Positions 9,217 to 17,975 of a stretch of 64,000 nt of DNA are shown in pieces. The position numbers were made by a program, and so were the translations under genes. Numbering within the stretch: position 1 is the stretch's first letter; every line of letters begins with the position of its first letter. Origin of the DNA: an uncultured Actinomyces sp. Lineage in GTDB: Bacteria; Actinomycetota; Actinomycetes; Actinomycetales; Actinomycetaceae. The notes beneath the pieces were generated by a model that was not told the DNA's origin, did no database searches, and worked only from the letters and a program-made list of their open reading frames with translations. The DNA is taken from positions 810-64,809 of the forward strand of contig CAZTTD010000002.1 of assembly GCA_964616925.1 (NCBI GenBank). Direction: 5' to 3'.

Positions 9217-10170
9217 ATGTGCGGAAGATTCACGATGTTCAGCGATGATGCTGAGTTGGTGTCCCTGTTCGACATCGATGTCCTGGAGGGGGAGCATCAG
9301 GCGGCGTATAACCAGGCGCCCTCCCAGCTCATCCGCGCGGTGACGGCGAACGTGCCTCGGGAGGAGTTGGGCGAGGGCGACGCGGGCGCCGTTCCTGGCG
9401 GCCAAACCCCGGGTGACCAGGGTGAACGTGGGGGTGAGATCGAGGGCGAGGGCGAGGCGCGCGCCGTGGCAGCTTCCGAAACGAGGCGGCTTGGGCTCCA
9501 GCAGTGGGGTTTCGTTCCGTCTTGGGCGAAGGAGGGGTTCCGCCCCCTGATCAATGCGCGTTCCGAAACGGTGACCTCCAAGCCGGTGTTCCGGGGTGCG
9601 GCTTCGCGCCGCCGCTGTCTGGTGCCAACCAACGGTTATTTTGAGTGGCGGAAGATGCCCGATGGTAAGAAGCAGCCGTACTTCTTCAGTCTGGCCGACC
9701 GCGAGGGGCGCGCGGCCCCTGTGGGGAGCGAGCCGATTATGGCGATGGCTGGCATCTGGGAGTACTCGGAGGAAGGTGCCCCCACCGTCGCACTGCTCAC
9801 CAGGGCGGCCAGTGAGCCCCTAGCGTTTATCCACAATCGGATGCCGCTATTTGTGCCCAGTTCTCTCTGGGGAGCGTGGATGGACCCTGGTCTTGTGGAT
9901 AAGGAGACGGTGGCAGAGTTGATCCGAGAGCTCCCGCCACCACCGCTGATACCCCGTATGGTGAGACCCGCGGTTGGGAATGCGCGTAACAACTTTCCTG
10001 GGCTGATCGACCCGTATGATCCGGCGGTTTCTGCCCTGGATTCCTCTGGCCGGGCGGCTTCCGCGCTGGACTCTTCTGGCCGGGCCCCGGCTTCCGCCCT
10101 CGACCCGAATCTGGGTGGCGCGAACGGTGTGGCTGGTGGGCAGGGCGTCTTACCGTTGGACGGATTGTGA
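9217..10170 (+). CDS. SOS-response-associated peptidase (SRAP/YedK family), with acidic insert and C-terminal repeats
   Basis: It starts MCGRF (catalytic Cys2). Further on are ...SWAKE...INARSETV..KP.FR and NGYFEW. An insert (EELGEGDAGAV...GEGEA) and a SALDSSGRA tandem near the C-terminus are present. Confidence 0.85.
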   Translation: MCGRFTMFSDDAELVSLFDIDVLEGEHQAAYNQAPSQLIRAVTANVPREELGEGDAGAVPGGQTPGDQGERGGEIEGEGEARAVAASETRRLGLQQWGFVPSWAKEGFRPLINARSETVTSKPVFRGAASRRRCLVPTNGYFEWRKMPDGKKQPYFFSLADREGRAAPVGSEPIMAMAGIWEYSEEGAPTVALLTRAASEPLAFIHNRMPLFVPSSLWGAWMDPGLVDKETVAELIRELPPPPLIPRMVRPAVGNARNNFPGLIDPYDPAVSALDSSGRAASALDSSGRAPASALDPNLGGANGVAGGQGVLPLDGL

Positions 10171-10965
10171 CGGCTTGGGCCCTCGAAGTGCCTTGACCAG
10201 CATCTGAATGGCGACGGCGCCCAGGAAGATGGAGAAGAAGATGTTGGCCACGCGCGGGGAGGTACTCTGCGCCGCGATGGACCCTAAGTAGGTTGTCGCG
10301 CTTGCGGACACGCCGACGGTCAGCGCCGCGGGCAGGTCCACGTTCTTGTTTTTGATGTTCGTGGTCGTCCCTACCAGCGCAGACGGAATCATCACCAGCA
10401 GGGACGTGCCCTTCGCGATTAGGTCGCTGGCGCCGAAGAAGAACATGAGCGCGGGAACGATGATGACGCCGCCTCCAACTCCCAAAAGTCCGGACAGGAT
10501 GCCCGTAACTAGGCCGAGGACGGCCAACCCAATCGCCGCGCCAACAGTGATAACCAGTTGTTCACCGCGGACCGGCACCACCAGGTACAGGCTCACTATC
10601 ACGACCCCCATGAAGAGGGCGAAAAAGATCTGGAGCGGTTTCGGACGGACTATGGCCAGCAGGCGGGTACCGATTTTGGAGCCGATCATCGCGCCGGCGG
10701 CCAAGAAGATAGCGGCGACCCATGCCACGGAGTCGGCCATGGCGTATGAGATGACGCCGACCGCGGCCAGCGGCACGATCGCGGTCAGTGAAGTGCCGGA
10801 GGCCAGTTTTTGCGAGAAGTGGGCGATCATCATAAGACCCGGCACAATCAGGATCCCGCCGCCGACGCCAAACATCCCCGACAGGAAGCCGGCTCCGAGC
10901 CCCAACGCGACTAGCGCTGCCCATTGACTCGGCGTCCTTTGGGATGCGGTTTGAAGGTCTGGCAC
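10150..10965 (-). CDS. sulfite exporter TauE/SafE family membrane protein
   Basis: 271-aa polytopic ORF with a duplicated 4-TM TauE-type pattern (GGGILIVPGL / GGGVIIVPAL). It overlaps the SRAP 3' end by 21 nt (convergent). Confidence 0.8.
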   Translation of the reverse strand: MPDLQTASQRTPSQWAALVALGLGAGFLSGMFGVGGGILIVPGLMMIAHFSQKLASGTSLTAIVPLAAVGVISYAMADSVAWVAAIFLAAGAMIGSKIGTRLLAIVRPKPLQIFFALFMGVVIVSLYLVVPVRGEQLVITVGAAIGLAVLGLVTGILSGLLGVGGGVIIVPALMFFFGASDLIAKGTSLLVMIPSALVGTTTNIKNKNVDLPAALTVGVSASATTYLGSIAAQSTSPRVANIFFSIFLGAVAIQMLVKALRGPKPSQSVQR

Positions 10966-11251
10966 GTTCGTCCCTCGATTCTTTGAGTAGCGCCAAGAGT
11001 TGACGCACCGGAGCCCATGTCCGTGGACGGCCCGTGAGGTGCGCGCGGAAGTGGCCCCCGTGAGAGTATCAAATGTGGCGGTCGGCCATTAGCGCGGTGC
11101 TGGTTGGATGCGGCACGCTGTTGGTCTAGTCTTCACGGCCGCCCCCGTTCCCGCTCGTCTCCGTACCGGCACGCCCTCGCCCGGCGCGCGTGTGGACCGC
11201 CGACGGCCCAGACGAAGGGTTGGTTACGCCCTCGCCCCGATGTCTTCCTAG

Positions 11252-12016
11252 TCACCCATCGGGTATCGCCTGTTCCGGGCATTTCGCAAGTGTTTGGGCG
11301 AGGGCGTCGTGCTCCGACCGTGTTACCGCCAAGCCCCACTTGTACTTGACGATGACTTGCCGCGCGGCATATTCGCAGTGCACCTTCTTATTCGTGGGGA
11401 CCCACTGGTCAAACGTCGCTGCCCCCTTCTCTTGGTTGGCGTCACCATCCACGGCCAGCAGGTTCAGCGGGTCATTCGAAAACTGCAGGCGCTGTTCCGT
11501 TTCCCATTGCCACGCGCCAGAGTTCCACGCGTCAGCCAACGCAACAACATGGTCGATCTGCACCATCTGGCTGGTCGTCTCTCCACGTTGAAACTGGATG
11601 GTGGTGGCGGTATAGGGGTCATCCAAAATGCCCGATTCCACAACACAGTCGTTGGTCCCGCCCCGGTACACGACTTCCGTCAGGTCGCGCGAAAGGATTT
11701 CGTTCCTGGTGGAGCACCCGTCGCCATCAAGGTCCCCCCATCCATCCCCGAACTGAGAGCGAGAGTAAGGTGGCGCCTCCCCGCTGCCCCCGTCGGCCAC
11801 TATTTCAAGGGCCGCGAGCTGCCGTTCGGCTTCGGTCGAGGGCGTTTTTGGGCTGGTGCCACCACCGGCGGCTTGGAAACCAGACAGCATCGACGGGAGG
11901 AACAGCCACACGGCGAGAGCGAGCGTCGCCAGCGCGACCATTCTCAACAGCAGCGGCTTCCCTCCGCGGCCAGCACGGGAGCCGGCTCGGCGTCCGGGAG
12001 TCGAGGGCGTGTTCAT
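11252..12016 (-). CDS. membrane-anchored/secreted DUF1524 (HNH-like, GmrSD C-terminal type) nuclease
   Basis: N-terminal TM or signal sequence. Motifs: GDGCSTRNEILSRDL, QIDHVVALADAW, NLLAVDGDANQEKG. Confidence 0.75.
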   Translation of the reverse strand: MNTPSTPGRRAGSRAGRGGKPLLLRMVALATLALAVWLFLPSMLSGFQAAGGGTSPKTPSTEAERQLAALEIVADGGSGEAPPYSRSQFGDGWGDLDGDGCSTRNEILSRDLTEVVYRGGTNDCVVESGILDDPYTATTIQFQRGETTSQMVQIDHVVALADAWNSGAWQWETEQRLQFSNDPLNLLAVDGDANQEKGAATFDQWVPTNKKVHCEYAARQVIVKYKWGLAVTRSEHDALAQTLAKCPEQAIPDG

Positions 12017-12263
12017 CTAACCATTGTGCCCGGGTCGGGGCGCGGGTTTCGTTACCGGTGGCAAATTGGGGATAGATCGATGATTTCCACAGGGCGTGCG
12101 CTGGACACCGCACGCCGTGCAGAATGTTTCGCCGGGCGCACGCAAGACACCTCGAGGACACGGCCTCGTACTCGCCCTCGTCCCCGTACTGGGGCTCATT
12201 CCCGTGCCCGTACTCGTCCTCGTCCTCGTCCAAACCTCTCCGTCGTCATCTCCGTCGCCATCA

Positions 12264-13091
12264 TCACGCCACATGTTTCGGCGGACCGTTTCGCCGTTTT
12301 CGGCGCGCCAGTTTTTCTTGGATCTGTCTGGTTTGATCCGCCATCACGTGGTTGAGCCAAGATCGCCTAGTGTCATCGGGATGAAGCCGACTTATCCAGG
12401 CCGGCGGCTTAACAAAGGGAATACCTTTTTGCATTTGGATTTCCCAACCACTGGTATCGATGTTCGCGTGGTGGGATCGACAGAGTAATGCTCCGTTGTC
12501 AGTGTGTGTCGGTCCTCCATGGGAATGGGGGGTGACGTGGTGTACTTCGCACCATGCGGCCGGGGTGTTGCACCCCGGAATCACACAACCACCATCCCGC
12601 AGAGAAATTGCCCGACGTTGATTGGCAGTGAAAAGGCGCTGTGGTGACCCGAGTCCCGTAATCTTCCCCAAGCTGTTCCGCACGACCGCCTGAATATTAG
12701 CGTTGCAGGACAAGGAATGAACACTGCGCATAGGAATAGGAGTTGGATCCCCATTATGGTCAATCAGCCAGCCCACGGCATTGGCATTGTTGAGATTCTC
12801 CTGTTTGACCTCTACGACAATGGTGGCGCTGGCGCCTTGCAGCACAGGAAGGTCCCGGTCTGCCAACGTAACACTCAGAGCCATCGCCAACGCATCGTGA
12901 CGTTTCTGGCCCGGACTGCGCTCATCGGTTGGATCGGAACCAAGGTCTACGCCCTCACCCGAGGGATCAGGGCCAAGACCTCCGTCCTTGCTCACAGAAT
13001 CGGACCCAAGCTCTACGCCCTCATCCGTGGTTTCAGCAGCCATGGCCGGAGCGTCTCCCGTGTCGTAGTCGATGCCAGTGGCGGCCTGCAC
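12264..13091 (-). CDS. HNH endonuclease of the actinobacterial DUF222/13E12 type, apparently N-terminally shortened
   Basis: LRDGGCVIPGCNTPAAWCEVHHVTPHSHGGPTHTDNGALLCRSHH is the HNH signature. The protein is only 275 aa with an acidic repeat N-terminus, whereas family members are usually about 400-500 aa (from memory). Confidence 0.7.
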   Translation of the reverse strand: MQAATGIDYDTGDAPAMAAETTDEGVELGSDSVSKDGGLGPDPSGEGVDLGSDPTDERSPGQKRHDALAMALSVTLADRDLPVLQGASATIVVEVKQENLNNANAVGWLIDHNGDPTPIPMRSVHSLSCNANIQAVVRNSLGKITGLGSPQRLFTANQRRAISLRDGGCVIPGCNTPAAWCEVHHVTPHSHGGPTHTDNGALLCRSHHANIDTSGWEIQMQKGIPFVKPPAWISRLHPDDTRRSWLNHVMADQTRQIQEKLARRKRRNGPPKHVA

Positions 13092-13129
13092 CAGGCAACC
13101 CTCCGCGCCACGCGGTCTTCCGCCCTAGA

Positions 13130-13166
13130 ACGCAAAGGACCCCCAGCCTGTTACAGCTGGGGGTCC
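13130..13166 (-). terminator. intrinsic terminator downstream of cspA
   Basis: 11-bp stem GGACCCCCAGC / GCTGGGGGTCC (13137-13147 / 13156-13166). On the minus strand it is followed by TTTGCGTT. Confidence 0.6.
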
Positions 13167-13253
13167 GTTAGTTTGCCACCCTCCGAAGATGGCCCCTGAA
13201 CTAGCGCTGCACGGACGCAGTCCGGCAGTGGAAGATCAGGGAATCATGGTCTA

Positions 13254-13475
13254 TCAGTCAAGAATGACGATGTCTGCAGCGAGCAGACCCTTGTCACCCT
13301 CTTCGACCGAGAACTCAACGTGCTGGCCCTCTTCGAGGTCCAAACGCCCATCGCGCTCACGACGAATGTTCTTGAAGTGCGCGAACAGGTCTTCCGAACC
13401 GTCGTCGGGGCTAATGAAGCCGTAGCCCTTTTCGCTGTGGAACCATTTGACGACACCAGTGGTGCGATCAGCCAT
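13254..13475 (-). CDS. cspA: cold-shock protein (CspA family)
   Basis: MADRTTGVVKWFHSEKGYGFISPDDGSEDLFAHF... contains the RNP1 and RNP2 motifs. The start is the ATG at 13473-13475, and a long untranslated leader lies upstream. Confidence 0.9.
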   Translation of the reverse strand: MADRTTGVVKWFHSEKGYGFISPDDGSEDLFAHFKNIRRERDGRLDLEEGQHVEFSVEEGDKGLLAADIVILD

Positions 13476-13728
13476 GCGGATACTCTTTTCTTTTGCCGCT
13501 AGGTGTGAACGAAGGCCCGTCGGGCTTTCGTTGCAGTAAAACTTCTTCGTTGCACACCGCGGGAATCCGCTGGGTACTTCTATGCAAGTTGAAACTACAT
13601 AGGACACGGTACCTAATATCTCTGCCCTTTGATACCGGAGCCACGCCATCCGCACTTTTGGTTCCCAAGGTCATAAAATGGGCGTTAGTTTCCAACATCG
13701 CTGGCAGACCCCGCTGGGAGGCAAAATC

Positions 13729-14184
13729 ATGAGCATTACGACGCGTTTGCAGGAACTGGGCATTGAACTCCCAGACGTCCCCGCCCCCGTTGCCGCATAC
13801 GCGCCCGCAGTCATTGTTGGAAATATTGTGCGCACTTCAGGGCAGCTTCCCATGCGGGATGGGGAACTGATGGTGACGGGGCGTTGCGGGACGCTGGCGG
13901 TGACGGATGAACAGGCGTACGAGGGCGCTAAGCAGTGCGCCCTCAACGCCCTGGCAGCCGCGGCCGACGCGGTAGGTGGGGTTGATCGTCTTGTCCGCGC
14001 CGTCAAAGTCATAGGCTTCGTGGCGTCCAGTGATGACTACTTCGCGCAGCCGGCGGTCATCAACGGCGCCTCCGACCTCCTGCAGATTGTGTTCGGTAGC
14101 CGCCACGCGCGCTCCGCGGTTGGGGTCGCGGCCCTACCGCTGAACGCGACGGTCGAGGTCGAAGTGGAGTTTGAGTTCAACTAA
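13729..14184 (+). CDS. RidA/YjgF family protein
   Basis: MSITTRLQELGIELPDVPAPVAAY.P.V..GN.V.TSGQLP ... ARSAVGVAALPLNATVEVE is the typical RidA-fold pattern. Confidence 0.8.
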   Translation: MSITTRLQELGIELPDVPAPVAAYAPAVIVGNIVRTSGQLPMRDGELMVTGRCGTLAVTDEQAYEGAKQCALNALAAAADAVGGVDRLVRAVKVIGFVASSDDYFAQPAVINGASDLLQIVFGSRHARSAVGVAALPLNATVEVEVEFEFN

Positions 14185-14336
14185 CCACCACCCTTCCGGA
14201 TATATCGCGCCTGATATATCGCGCCGCTACAAGTTGTTTCTGGTCACATAACGGGGTTTCCTCTGGACAGTGGGTCATGGGTCCCAAATAGACTGAGGGA
14301 AGAGGCACTGAAAAGCCTAAAGTCGGAGGGTGACGC

Positions 14337-15032
14337 GTGAAAACAATCAGCTACAACCTGCGTAAAAACCGTGCAATCACTGAGATAGGTGAGCTGGCTG
14401 CAAATCACGGCGCCGACATTCTGTGCCTGCAAGAAGCAGATCCTGGGGCCCTCCCGGAGCGTCTTGGCGCAATGAGCCTTGTCCATGCCACGGAAAAGAA
14501 CCGTCTAGGTCTGGCAATGTACGTTCGCGATGAACGACTGAAGGTCCGCTCTGCGCACACGTTCCAGCTCAAGAAGTCGCTGCACGACCGCGTTTTGGCG
14601 CCCGCTCATGAGCGTCTGCTTGGGGCGCGCTTGCATGACCGCGCTACCGGCCTTGACCTAGTTGCCGCCTCATTTCACGCGGCCCCACTGACCGCACGCA
14701 ACAAACTGCGTCGGCACCAGATTGACACGGCGCTCTTTGAGTTGAACAAGATCGGCCCAGGCCTGCCCCTGCTGATGGTGGGCGACTACAACTACCCGGT
14801 GTTCAAGGACAAGCTGGACCGCCATGTGCGCGATGCTGGTTACGATCTAACGATCAGCGACCGGCGCACATACAACCGTTACAAGGTGTTCCGCGGTCAC
14901 TATGACTTCGCTACGTCCGCGGGTCTGCGCGTGGATAGCGTTCAGACGCTAGATCGTGGGTCCAGCGACCACCTGCCGATCTTGGTGCAAACCGCAATGG
15001 AGCACAAAGAAGAACTGGTCGCGGTCGCGTAA
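14337..15032 (+). CDS. endonuclease/exonuclease/phosphatase (EEP) family protein
   Basis: ISYNLR, DILCLQEAD and SSDHLPI motifs. GTG start. Confidence 0.8.
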   Translation: MKTISYNLRKNRAITEIGELAANHGADILCLQEADPGALPERLGAMSLVHATEKNRLGLAMYVRDERLKVRSAHTFQLKKSLHDRVLAPAHERLLGARLHDRATGLDLVAASFHAAPLTARNKLRRHQIDTALFELNKIGPGLPLLMVGDYNYPVFKDKLDRHVRDAGYDLTISDRRTYNRYKVFRGHYDFATSAGLRVDSVQTLDRGSSDHLPILVQTAMEHKEELVAVA

Positions 15033-15219
15033 GTTCGTCAAGGACGTCGCAAATACGCGGGCGAGGGCGATCGGCGAGCGCGCGGGCGCGCTGATCGGGT
15101 ATCGCGGGCGCGCTGACCGGGTGCCACGGGCGCGCTGACCGGATGTCTGTTGCACTGTTTGAGTGATGCCCCCTTTTTTCATGGCGGATGCTGGCACAGA
15201 CGGCAGATAGGAAAAACCC

Positions 15220-15329
15220 CTCGAAACTACATAGCGGGGCCAAAACTACATAGCGGGCAAAAATCACAGCGTTTTTATTGCTATTTTGCGTCCCCGTATG
15301 TAGTTTCGGCCCCGCTATGTAGTTTCGAG
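15220..15329. repeat. 110-bp near-perfect long hairpin (38-nt arms)
   Basis: The left arm is CTCGAAACTACATAGCGGGGCCAAAACTACATAGCGGG (15220-15257). The right arm is CCCGTATGTAGTTTCGGCCCCGCTATGTAGTTTCGAG (15293-15329). Each arm contains AAACTACATAGCGGG twice, and the loop is AT-rich. Confidence 0.85.
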
Positions 15330-15372
15330 AGAGGTTAGGCTCGTCTCGGCCCGTTTCAAGGTCTTCTTTGGC

Positions 15373-16170
15373 GGCTCTTTATAAAAGGGGCTGTGGGCAG
15401 GTTAGTTGGTGGCGGGTTAGTGGCTTTGTTGGTGCCTTGGCAGCCCTGTGCCTTTGGCTCCCAAGCGTCAGATATCGCCAAGTTGGCTCCAGATGGGCCG
15501 AGATGGCATGGCACGGATCAAGTTGGCTCTAGATGGGCCGAGATGGCATGGCACGGATCAAGTTGGCTCTGGATGGTCCGAGATGGCATGGCCATCTTGG
15601 GGGTTCGCGTGCCATCTTGACTATTTCTGTGCTTGACCGCGTGCTGCAGGCTGCGCGTGAGGCTTGGGTGGGCAGGTTGAACACAGGTTGTGTCAGTTGA
15701 ACACACGATGTGTTGATCGGACGCACGTTGTGTGCGTGCACAAGGTGCGTTGGACTAACACGCCTAATCGTTGTGCCCAAAATGCAACGATGTGCCCGTC
15801 GGTGAACGTTGTGCCCGAAAACAGGCCGTTCAGCTAACTGTGCCCAAAGTGCAACGATGTGCCCGTTGGTGAACGTTGTGCCCGGGAACATCGTTAGTTT
15901 CGTGCCACATCGTTAGCTCCACGACGTTCGCTGGCGATTTGTGAACGTTGTGCCCGAAAAGGGGCCGTTCAGCTAATCGTTGTGCCCAAAATGCAACGTT
16001 GTGCCCAAAAACAGGCCGTTCAGCTAATCGTTGTGCCCAAAATGCAACGTTGTGCCCAAAAACAGGCCGTCCAGCTAACTGTGCCCGCCGTCGAACGCTG
16101 TGTCACGAACCAACCAACCAGGCCCAAGAGGGACCGACTGACCCTTCTACAGCCTCTTTCATGAAGAGCC
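15373..16170 (+). mobile_element. MITE-like non-autonomous element, copy 1 (about 800 bp, no ORF)
   Basis: The left TIR is GGCTCTTTATAAAAGGGGCTGTGG (15373-15396). The reverse complement of the right TIR is GGCTCTTCATGAAAGAGGCTGTAG (16147-16170); 20 of 24 positions match. The 8-bp direct repeat TCTTTGGC flanks both ends (15365-15372 and 16171-16178). The interior consists of tandem repeat arrays. Confidence 0.75.
15764..16105. repeat. tandem array of about 51-bp units carrying 12+ copies of (C)GTTGTGCCC
   Basis: GTGCCCAAAAACAGGCCGTTCAGCTAATCGTT / GTGCCCAAAATGCAACGTT alternate repeatedly. The array lies inside MITE copy 1. Confidence 0.85.
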
Positions 16171-16264
16171 TCTTTGGCCATGGTGGCGGGCCAAATTGGT
16201 CCCTGCACGGCTCAGATCGTCGGTATCGTCTTGGATCGGCCCCTATAGCTATGCGACAGCGGGG

Positions 16265-16470
16265 GCGCGAACGAAACCGAGCATAAGGGCGGCAGTGAGT
16301 GCGCGAACGAAACCGAGCACAAGGGCGACCGCGAGCGTGCGAACGAAACCGAGCACAAGGGCGACCGCGAGTGCGCGAACGAAACCGAGCACAAAGGGCG
16401 ACAGCGAGCGTGCGAACGAAACCGAGCACAAAAACGCCCCGGCACGGAACGAAACCGGACCGGGGCGCCC
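16265..16470. repeat. 36-bp tandem repeat G(C/T)GCGAACGAAACCGAGCACAAGGGCGACCGCGAG(C/T) x about 5.5
   Basis: Units start at 16265, 16301, 16337, 16373 and 16410. The last partial unit merges into the pntB terminator. Confidence 0.9.
16430..16467 (-). terminator. intrinsic terminator of pntB
   Basis: On the minus strand the sequence reads CGCCCCGG-loop-CCGGGGCG followed by TTTTT (stem 16460-16467 / 16435-16442, T-run 16430-16434). It lies 13 nt after the pntB stop. Confidence 0.75.
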
Positions 16471-16479
16471 TCGTACTAA

Positions 16480-17967
16480 TTACGCGTTCTGCTTCACCGC
16501 CGACAGAATGTTGTCCACAGACGCCTTCGCGTCGCCGAACAGCATGTGCGTGTTCTCCTTGAAGAACAATGGGTTCTGCACGCCCGCGTAGCCAGTGGCC
16601 ATGGAGCGTTTGAAAACGATGACGTTCTTCGATTCCCACACCTTCAGAACCGGCATGCCGGCAATGGGGGAGCCCGGCTCTTCCGCGGCTGGGTTCACCG
16701 TGTCGTTGGCCCCGATGACTAGGACGGTATCAACGTCCGCGAAATCATCGTTGACCTCATCCATTTCTTTCACGATGTCGTAGGGAACCTTCGCCTCAGC
16801 CAACAGGACGTTCATGTGTCCAGGTAGGCGACCTGCGACCGGGTGCACGCCAAACTCCACGTCAACACCCATTTCGCGCAGCGCGGTCGTTAGCTCCGCG
16901 ACCGGGTACTGCGCCTGCGCAACCGCCATGCCGTAACCCGGGGTGATCATCACCTTGCGTGAACCGGCCAGCATCGCGGCAACTTGCTCGGCGTTGATTT
17001 CTTGGTGCTCCCCGTCCTCGTCCCCAGAAGCCTCCGTGGACTCTCCAGTTCCAAACCCACCCAGGATCACGGAAATAAAGGAGCGGTTCATGGCGCGGCA
17101 CATGATGTAGGACAGGAACGCACCGGATGAACCGACCAGCGCGCCGGTGATGATCAGCAGGTCGTTATTCAGCATGAAACCGGCGGCCGCAGCAGCCCAG
17201 CCGGAGTAGGAGTTCAGCATCGACACGACCACCGGCATGTCGCCGCCACCGATCGCAGCAACCAGGTGGACGCCCAGTGCGAGGGCGATGATCGTCATCA
17301 AGATGAACGGAACCCACGCGCCCCAGCCGTGGCCAACCGCGATGAACCAGCCCATCAGGACAATGGAGACGATGATGGCGCCCAGGTTCAGCCAGTTACG
17401 GCCAGGCAGCATCAGTGGCGCGCCGGAGATCTTCCCCGACAGTTTCAGGTAGGCAACCACGGAGCCGGTGAGTGTGACAGCGCCGATGAAGACGCCAAGG
17501 AAAACCTCTCCAAGGTGGAAGCCGCCCAGCGCAATCGCTTCGGCGTCCGGGGCCAGGAAAGAGTTGTAGCCAACCAGGACGGCCGCAAGGCCCACGAAGC
17601 TGTGCAGCAACGCGATCAGCTCCGGCATCCCGGTCATCTCAACCTTTGCGGCTTTCCACAGGCCAATGCCCGCGCCAATCAGCATGGCAACAGCGATCAG
17701 CAGCGCGGTTGTGAGTACACCGCGTCCCGGCCCGGATGACAGTGCCGCCAAGATGGTGGCCGCAAGCGCGATCCCCATCCCGATGATTCCCATGTTGTTT
17801 CCGTGGCGCGACGTCTCATGGGAGGAGAGACCACGCAGAGAAAGGATGAACAGGATGGCGGCCACAATGTACGCCAAGGTGACGACGTGGCCGGTCCAGT
17901 AGGAGGGGCTGGAGAACGTGTCGGCTGCCAGTGCGGGAAGAACAGTATTCATGATCAGTGCATTCAT
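16480..17967 (-). CDS. pntB: NAD(P) transhydrogenase subunit beta
   Basis: 495-aa ORF with an N-terminal polytopic domain and a C-terminal dIII NADP(H) domain ([37 protein letters not shown]). Confidence 0.95.
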   Translation of the reverse strand: MNALIMNTVLPALAADTFSSPSYWTGHVVTLAYIVAAILFILSLRGLSSHETSRHGNNMGIIGMGIALAATILAALSSGPGRGVLTTALLIAVAMLIGAGIGLWKAAKVEMTGMPELIALLHSFVGLAAVLVGYNSFLAPDAEAIALGGFHLGEVFLGVFIGAVTLTGSVVAYLKLSGKISGAPLMLPGRNWLNLGAIIVSIVLMGWFIAVGHGWGAWVPFILMTIIALALGVHLVAAIGGGDMPVVVSMLNSYSGWAAAAAGFMLNNDLLIITGALVGSSGAFLSYIMCRAMNRSFISVILGGFGTGESTEASGDEDGEHQEINAEQVAAMLAGSRKVMITPGYGMAVAQAQYPVAELTTALREMGVDVEFGVHPVAGRLPGHMNVLLAEAKVPYDIVKEMDEVNDDFADVDTVLVIGANDTVNPAAEEPGSPIAGMPVLKVWESKNVIVFKRSMATGYAGVQNPLFFKENTHMLFGDAKASVDNILSAVKQNA

Positions 17968-17975
17968 CTTCTATT

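Noticed and set aside
15450-16105. Possible CRISPR array (also considered for 39290-39720)
   Set aside because: The repeats are contiguous tandem units, or alternate with the same two sub-units. There are no unique spacers and no cas genes in the window.
15675-16105. GTTGTGCCC array as a DnaA-box cluster or oriC
   Set aside because: The motif does not match the TTGTCCACA-type DnaA box. There is no dnaA, dnaN or AT-rich DUE context. The array lies inside a TIR/TSD-bounded element.
15393-16639. Many 60-180-aa ORFs on both strands in the EEP-pntB gap
   Set aside because: They are translations of tandem and inverted repeats, giving periodic peptide sequences. No RBS is present, and the region is explained by the MITE-like element and minisatellites.
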